64,000 bases of DNA from Macrostomum lignano (Eukaryota), in contig NIVC01000301.1 of assembly GCA_002269645.1 (NCBI GenBank), forward strand, positions 634,386-698,385. Direction: 5' to 3'. The position numbers and the translations under genes were made by a program. Shown here in pieces: positions 56,430 to 64,000 of the stretch (position 1 is the stretch's first letter; each line of letters opens with the position of its first letter). The notes beneath the pieces were generated by a model. The model was not told the DNA's origin, ran no database searches, and was given only the letters and a program-made list of their open reading frames with translations.

Positions 56430-58054
56430 GATTCCACTAATCAGGAGATACAACTAAAGGTGTGGCTGCTATTGGTAAGCTCATAAAATGTTGTCTTTGA
56501 AGCTTCCCTACAGAGCTTTGATGCTAGCTGCAATTCATGTTGTTATTCCAGCACTGGACCGACAGTCGCTTGGCCTGGAAAGGAAAGTTCAACTCCAGTC
56601 TGGACCATATCCACGCAATTACCCTTCCAGCATCGTACCTGTGGCAACCTGACGCATCTCTTTACGATGTGTGAGCCAATTCTCCTTGAAGTTGAATTGC
56701 TGCTCCTTTCAGAAAGTAACAAACTGGTTAATTACTAAAATATTTTTTTCATTAAAACAATTCAATCTAGAGTTGAGCTCTTGGATGCCACGAAAGGCCG
56801 CGCGATACTCTCTGTGATGTCTTCAGGCATTGTGCTACAGAGCACCGGAATGACTGTCCACCAAGTGCAGCATGCAAATGCAGATGTTTCCGTTTGACAA
56901 GCAAAACTGCTTAGTCAGGCTCTCGAGTCTGCAGCAAGTCACGGGATCGACTCGAATCCGCATCAAGTCCCTGAATGAGAATGATACACCGACTGGGTAC
57001 GTCATGAAGAGCAGCGAGTTCTGCATTCTGTGGGTCCGGTTAGAAAACGGGTCGTTTGGCTTCTATGACACAGCCGAGCTCCGGGTCGGATTTCAGGTGA
57101 GTTTTTGTCCGAAATTTGGTAGTACGAGTAATTCGTGGGATAATGTTAACAGCCAGAAAATAATGGACCAGGATTTGTAATTGCAGCGACTTTCGAATTT
57201 CTACATGATAAACCTGATGCTGCCCTGCATTCTTCTCTTTGGAGTTTCCGCGCTCGCCTTCTGCCTGCCTCCCGAGTGTGGCGAGCGAGTCTCCTTCAGC
57301 ATCACCATCGTGCTGTCCATGTGCGTGTTCCTGCAGTTGGTCGGCAACTACACGCCCACACAGAGCGAGTCCGTGCCGTTTATCAGTGAGTTCCTCGAAG
57401 TATCTGCATCACTTCATTGCCTTGGAGCAATTGATCCGAATTTGACACTTACCCCACATTCCAGCCTGGTACTTCAGCTTGGCCGTGATCATGACAGTTG
57501 TAAATGTGCTCTGCAACGCATTTGTTCTCAACTGTCACTTCAGGCAGGAGAGCAGCGTCAGCAGTCGGGTCGTCCGTGCACTCTTCCTCAACAGATTCTT
57601 TGTCGGAGAAAACTCCGAGCGGACAGTCACACGCACCGCAGCCGATGCGGATGGCAAACTATCGGCATCTCAGACTTCCAACGCCATTTTTGTAAATAAT
57701 GGATGGAAGACTGTCGGATCTTCCGCTGATCGGGTGTTCTTCAAATTATTTATCAGCTTCGGAGTCGCAATGATGGTCGTGCCGTTTGCTATTTTCTGTG
57801 TAAAATCTAACACTAACTCTGCCTGGGCGATCTCTAGGATCCAATGGAACTTAGGAATAACTATGATCTCAGTTTTTATATCTAACGTACGAACTACATC
57901 CAATTCTGTCAAAATGTCGGGAAAAAAGAAAAGGAAAGGGAAAAAGCGGCTGGCAAGTAACGTTGACTCCTGTAATCCTATTTTCCTAAACAGTAATATT
58001 TTCTGCTCTTGTTACACTAGCTTTATTAATACCAGCTCGCATTGCAAAAACTAA
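56430..58054 (+). pseudogene. Cys-loop ligand-gated ion channel subunit A (nAChR-like, divergent), with a 1-nt frameshift; first exon uncertain (about 56000-56230)
   Basis: Exons 56430-56474 (DSTNQEIQLKVWLLL), 56552-56670 (HWTDSRLAW..LWQPDASLY), 56771-57096 (CSMQMQMFPFDKQNC), 57187-57385 (M1-M2, PPECGERVSFSITIVL) and 57465-58054 (M3-M4). The 326-nt exon is 1 nt off the required phase. Could be a pseudogene or a consensus error. Confidence 0.8.
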
Positions 58055-59222
58055 AATGCGAGAGTAGCTGAGCGCCTTTAGATCAGCCAAGAACTCCGTA
58101 TGTCACTGATTGCGGCAGTGTCAATTTATCACCTTATTCGTCGGTGATGGAGCAATAGTTTTTTAACTCAAAATTTGACGATTAGACAAAGCTTTGTTTA
58201 TACTCGTACACCTCGAATAGAAAAGGCATATTCAAAACCTGTTGTTCCTGTATTCAGATTATTTTGCAAATTTAGCTCTAAGAGAGAATACTTTCCAAAT
58301 TACAACAAAAATTATACTTCTACTAGCTGGTATCTACGTTGGTATTTTATGCCGGTTAATGATATTTTATCAACAAAATAAAATAGGAAAGCTGGATCGT
58401 CAGCACTTGTGATGAACTCGGTGGCATTCGGCAAGCTGAGCCAACACCTCAAGCCTAGAAATCCGAGAGGAAATCCGAGTAGCCTAAAGCTGCCATGTAC
58501 ATTCCTGTGGACTGGCTAATGTACATTATTGCTGAACCAATCAGCAAGTTGTTTACGCATGCAAACTTGGGCTTTTAAACTTAGCAAAGTCGTTTCAGCT
58601 GCCTTTATTTATATAAAATAGCTTATGTATTCCTCTTTGCTACTGAATTGAAAGTAGAAAGCTGTTTTACTACGTATATATGCCTGAGTGGCCCATCCAG
58701 TCATTTTAGTATCTGTGGCGCAGATGAAGACAGGGAAGCAGGAAAACCTTTACAATAAAAGAGCGAAAATGACAGTGAATACAATTCAGAGACTTGTTAC
58801 CTGCACATTATTTCGAGACAGCAAGGTTAATTTGAGCAGAAAAACCAAATGCCATTTATTCATGCAGGAGACTCTGCATATCGACAGCAAAATTATATTT
58901 GCACAGCATACAGTGAGGTCTATAGCTTGTGAGTCAGTTCACTCAACCACAGGACATAGCAAAATTATATTTGCAGAGCATACAGTGAGGTCTATAGCTT
59001 GTGAGTCAGTTCACTCAACCACAGGATATAGCTGCTGAGTCTGCTCGAACTCTCTAATCAGCTAATTGAGTCGGGTAAATACGATAATTTTAGGCAAAGC
59101 AAATACTGGACCGATCGTGTTTGCACAATTAATGCGGGGTTAGGACTGTACATTGGTGGTAAACTGATCCCTACTTTATACTCGTATTTGTGCTCACCGC
59201 CATCAGTCCGACACTGTCCGCC

Positions 59223-62200
59223 ATGTTTTTTCTCACTAGCCTCATCGTATCCTTCGCTGCTCTGCTTGCTGCTTCAACCGCTGAAGTTGCCAATGACGTC
59301 TCACAGGACGCTGCCGTGATGGCGGCGCTAAAGCTGGGCACCGAGTACAACAGGGCGGTCCGGCCGCCCCCGGACAACGGCACCGCAAACACTGTGAACT
59401 TGTTCATCTTTCTGTACAGCCTCGCCAAAGTGGTGAGTTGATCTTCGTTGTTGCTCTTCCGGACATGAATTTACAGCAAGTATCCACTGAATGTTTCAGA
59501 ACTCTGCGTCTCAGGAGGTGACACTGCAGTTTTTACTCGGGAAGGTAACTACAGAAGATAATTTGTTTTAATAATACTGTGTACTAAAACCAGGAAATCC
59601 GGAGATTTTAGTTTCAAGTCGCATGACCAAGACGTTATTTTCACTCGTAATTCGTGATCGCGAGGCGATTCGAAGTTGTCTAAGTGATGGGTTCAGCCTT
59701 CTATAGCCTTTGATCGGAGACTTCTTGGGCCTCGGAGTGCAGAAATTAATCACTGAGCACTCTCTCCCGTCAGACGGTCAGTCAGCCCCAGGTAGCGAAG
59801 ATACAAGCGGCTGGGTCCCCGATAGCTAAGAGAGGACAGCGAGAGACAAGCAGGGAGAATTGGAAAAAAAAGTTGAAATCAGCTAATGCAGAGATCAAAC
59901 TAAACCCGCTGCCACCAACCCGCTGCCTCTGGAAATCGGGTTTCCGACTAGAAGGGGCTCTGAGACAACCTGAGAACCGGTTTCTTTTTTGCTGCCAACC
60001 TCGAAGTCATAGCGGCTTCAATAGGCAGTGAGTTGCAAGTGTACTTGTATGCGCTAGTCGCTAGAGCGGGGGTTGGGAGTTGCTATTTCACAGTATGTAC
60101 GTGCTTTCCACTCACCATCTGTCTCTATCGTCTATACCCAATTATTCAACAATCGTTGTAGTCGTATTTAACCTGCGTATCGATCTAATAAACGCCAAGC
60201 AGCTTCGTCAACTCTCAGTCGTACAGTATCTCTCTCTGACCATGCAGGGACAGTGTGGGCTTTTGCCGAGGGGTTCTGGCGATTCTCTATGCACCAATGA
60301 ATGCTCAATTAATACTCAGCAATAGCCAAAAGTTCCACCCTCCAAGCGATATGAAAATTTTATCACTTATTGCGACAACTTCTCACTCACAGTTCAAACC
60401 TCAAGTTACGCCACTACTCGTGGGCCGCCGCGAGGAAGGGAAAATAACAGTTTACTTTTTATGAAATACGCAGTTAGAATCGCATTGCTTAATAACGCAT
60501 GCGAGATCCCCTCGCACGCAGAAGTGCGGTGACTCTTCGGGGCGTCCTTTGTAAGCTGCAGCCAAGCCTTTTCAGTGGTATGGCGCAGCTCCACAACATT
60601 CTGTGGTGGATAACCCTTTTCGAATGCTGCATTTTAGGAAGTCCCAGACATGCTCGATGGGATTCATGTCTGGGGACCGGGAAGGCCAGCGCAGAGTGCG
60701 CAGCTGTAGCTGTTCTTTCAGTTGACTGACACCATCGGCTTGGTGTGGCAGCGCGTTGTCATCCTGGACATTTAAGGAGACTCAAGCCACCCCAAGTGGC
60801 AATAAGCTTTGCGCGTGCCTTAAGTTGCGTCGCTCGCAAAGTGGAAAAAATTAATCTCGCTTGGAGGGTGGAACTTTCGACTGTTGCTGAGTATATCTCT
60901 TGCTCGCTTTTGGCCTGAAATTTGTCCACTGGTCTGTAAATGGTGCTGATGGCAGAACTATCAGAGCCTTCAAGAGATCCCTAGACTAACTCTGAATGAT
61001 TCCTTCCTGCTGCTTTGCCGCCTGGGACAGCACAAAAGTACACCCCTGGCAAATGGTTTGCCTGATTTCGGAATCTGACTGATTGATAGGTTAAGTGAAA
61101 GGAGGCTGCAATGCTTCGTTCTGCTGCGACATTCGACTCAATAAATTACAGCCACTCATCGTGGCTAGCAAGGCTAAAAAGAAAGATCGAACTCTTAAAA
61201 GAGAGAGATGCGATCTGGTTTTTCTCCTAAATCCACACTTCTTTGAAATTGTGTTGGAGTAAATAAGTAATTATTCCCAGCACATGAAAGCAAATAACTA
61301 AAAGTGCAAAGGGCTCGGAAAACAAGTGCGCTCCGATAGAGCAGGTCAAGAAAGCTTCTCAGCCAATCAGAGTTTCAAGCTGCTGGTGGCCAAGAAATCC
61401 ACTGTGACAAAGACAGCAGGGTGCTGCTGCTGCTCTAAGATGATTTAGATCCAGGGAGTCTAAAGCTTGCAGAGGACTTTTCATCAGCGTGAACCCGGCG
61501 CTTTCGGGGTACTTAGCTGCAGCGTCTCGAGCGGGCATATGCACGGTGGTTTATCCAACCCGGTTATCAGACCGACAGCCGGATAAACAACGTTTTCGAG
61601 AGGTAGGCCGGCCTTGAATATCCTTCCAGTGGCCAAATTGTTATACCAAGCGTCGAATTTTCTGATTGGACGAGCCCGGAATGACTAGCTTGATTTTGAT
61701 TGGCTGAGCTTTCAGACCCTGAAAATCCTCTGCACCGGGCGACCTCTTAGACACCATAGGAACTTGACAGGTGCGGTCATAAATTTAAAAAGCACGGAAA
61801 AATCCAACTAAAAATACCTCGGCTAAAGATCCTGGCCCCAAAGTAACAATATTTTTTGTGTGGAACAACCAGTCGATTGAGTTAGGATAGAAAGTCCTAA
61901 CGGGGATCAGAATTGGCGGGTCCTATGAAGCCAAAATTAGACAGGTACTGGATTGTAGATCAAAATCGACCTATCAGTACAGCTGGTCTTTCGGTATTTT
62001 CTTTTCTTCTAGCATCAGAACAATTCTCGTATCTTTACGAGCAACACGAATTCACATGTACATGTCGAAATTCTCTGTAAATTTCTGTAGCATTGGTTCG
62101 ATTCGCGACTGGTGTGGAATTCAACGCCTAATCGGACATTGGACACCACCATTCCCCTCTGGGTTCCGCCTCAAATGGTTTGGACACCTGCTATTACAGT

Positions 62201-62599
62201 CGACACTGTGTGAGTTGACGAAAGTTTTTTAACCTGTTGACATCATCAAAGTAAAAATGTGCTTCGAACTTCGAACGCAGAGTGGAGATGAAGCATGTTG
62301 TACTGGACGAGTCGCCTGTTTCGATCAGTGCAGCTGGATGGCTTCGTCATAGTACTGTGCTTCTCGTGACCTTCAAATGTCAAATGCAAATGCACCTGTT
62401 TCCTTTCGACAGTCAGATGTGTGGCGTTAGCATCCGGTCTCAAACACCTGCCACCACGGCGCTCAACTTACTTTTTGACAAACAATATTCTGTCGAAAGA
62501 TACTTGTCAAAGAGCAACGAATTCTGCATCAAGAAGGTTTTCCTAAAGAAATTTAATATAGATGCTCTAACTGCGCCGATGCTTCTGCTTACGTTTCAG
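59223..62599 (+). CDS. Cys-loop ligand-gated ion channel subunit B (nAChR-like, divergent), extracellular domain; TM exons not seen in the window
   Basis: Exons 59223-59432 (signal peptide, YNRAVRP), 59500-59544 (45 nt), 62091-62209 (HWFDSRLVW..VWTP) and 62281-62599 (CQMQMHLFPFDSQMC..FQ|GTAAGA). Confidence 0.85.
60315..60891. mobile_element. MITE with TA target duplication (Tc1/mariner-like)
   Basis: About 40-bp imperfect TIRs CTCAGCAA(T/C)AG..AAAGTTCCACCCTCCAAGCGA; TA on both sides. Confidence 0.6.
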
Positions 62600-62685
62600 G
62601 TAAGAAAAATCGTAAAACAGTAAAAAATCTATGTACGAGCTGTAAATAATCAGCGGTCGCAGTGCGTCACCACAGTGCAGCAGTG

Positions 62686-63190
62686 TGTACCATGACCTTT
62701 GTGCCCGCTGGGCACTTATTCTTGCCTTTTAATGCCATAAACTACATTTAAGCCCGCTTGTAGGAGTCAAACTTACTTTAATGCAAATTAGCGGCAGTTA
62801 ATAGTACATTAATACCCATGCTTTAAGGGCGTTAATGGGAAAATCAGAGGGCGCCGTTAGGCACCCGAGGATTTCTCATTAACGCCCGCAAAGCATGGGT
62901 ATTACTATCATTGTGCCATAGACATTTGTGTCCTTGACAAAGTGGGACAAAATTAGCGGGCAGTTAATGTATTAACTGCCCGCTAATTTGCATTAGAGTA
63001 AGTTTGAAATAGACAATCGGCGTTAAATGTCATTGACTGCCCGCTAATTTGCATTAGAGTAAGTGTGACTCGTGCAAGCGGGCTTAAATGTAGTTTATGG
63101 CATTAAAAGGCAAGAATAAGTGCCCAGCGGGCACAAAGGTCATGGTACAATGACATTAACTGCCCGCTAATTTTGTCCCACTTTGTCAAG
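62686..63190. mobile_element. Fold-back/palindromic element
   Basis: About 130-bp inverted arms (62686 TGTACCATGACC.. / ..GGTCATGGTACA 63149), an internal hairpin at 62811-62903, and a further IR at 62934-62970 / 63151-63190. Confidence 0.65.
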
Positions 63191-63193
63191 TAC

Positions 63194-63610
63194 TATTGGT
63201 TTTGTCAGCCTAACTGAGAATAAAGCCATCCAAAGTGAGAATCCTGCCTACGCTGACTGCGAAGGGCCTGGCTGCGTGCAGCCTTAGTCTATGGGCCATA
63301 GACTATAAAGGACAAGCAAAGTGATAAAAAGCCATCCAATGTGAGAATCGATTGGTCTATGCGTCGTATTCTTTTATTTTGCTTGTCCTTTATAGTCTAT
63401 GGCTCATAGACTAGGCTGCACGCAGCCAGGCCCTTCGCAGTCAGCGTAGGCAGGATTCTCACTTTGGATGGCTTTTTATCACTTTGCTTGTCCTTTATAG
63501 TCCATGGCTCATAGACTAAGGCTGCACGCAGCCAGGCCCTTCGCAGTCAGCGTAGGCAGGATTCTCACTTTGGATGGCTTTAATTCTCAGTTAGGCTGAC
63601 AAAACCAATA
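63194..63610. mobile_element. Second palindromic MITE-like element
   Basis: Arms TATTGGTTTTGTCAGCCTAACTGAGAAT.. / ..ATTCTCAGTTAGGCTGACAAAACCAATA, with internal direct repeats. Confidence 0.65.
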
Positions 63611-64000
63611 TTAGACAATAATATCATAATATTATCTAAGAGTTAAACATTCAAGCGGAACCATAAAACCATAGAAAACCATAGAAAACCTAGATTGATT
63701 CGTATAGATGAAATTCAATTTTTCAAATTCTATTTTCGATGGCTAAAACTGAATTTAAACAGTTCAATTCAGACTTTAAACTCACAATCACTGTGACTAA
63801 AATGTCAGAACACATGTGTGCTCAATCAGACGTTTTTCACAGGCCAAACAACGGGGTAGGAAGCGCAGTGTGTAAGCTGAGCAAACCAGTCTAGGCTGCA
63901 TTCTTTGGCAACCATGATGGCATCCACAACTGACTCCGCAATTCTCTGCAGTACCATGAGACGCCAATCTGTATTAGATTTCGTCTGGTGGACTCTCGCT

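Noticed and set aside
58886-59030. 72-bp tandem duplication upstream of receptor B
   Set aside because: Two copies only, and no recognisable regulatory motif.
61873-61944. Candidate 45-nt exon of receptor B ending ..KIRQ|GTACTG
   Set aside because: It has an in-frame TAG or no fitting acceptor; 59500-59544 fits the length and phase exactly.

Overview
Eukaryotic (animal) genomic DNA, not prokaryotic. The minisatellite-packed introns and the gene content suggest an invertebrate, possibly a free-living flatworm such as Macrostomum (inference only). Most of the window (9779-53053, + strand) is one voltage-gated Ca2+ channel alpha-1 gene of the Cav2 class. I reconstructed it by hand into 35 coding exons per isoform (about 2,350 aa, phases consistent), with an EEEE filter, AID, IQ region and a C-terminal ..WC end. 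The main signal is four tandem-duplicated, apparently mutually exclusive exon pairs covering IS3-S4, IIS3-S4, the domain II selectivity filter/P2/S6, and IVS1-S2. Both exons of the pore pair have U2-type acceptors and U12-type donors (GTATCCT), the layout expected for mutual exclusion by spliceosome incompatibility. The gene also has an AT-AC intron, two GC donors and a non-coding LTR-internal-LTR-internal-LTR retroelement with a 5-bp TSD. Downstream are two tandem, divergent Cys-loop (nAChR-like) genes, one frameshifted and one running off the window, plus several MITE/fold-back elements and SINE/LINE remnants. Almost all long ORFs in the supplied track are translations of tandem repeats. All coordinates and splice calls were read by eye; no database or expression evidence was available.
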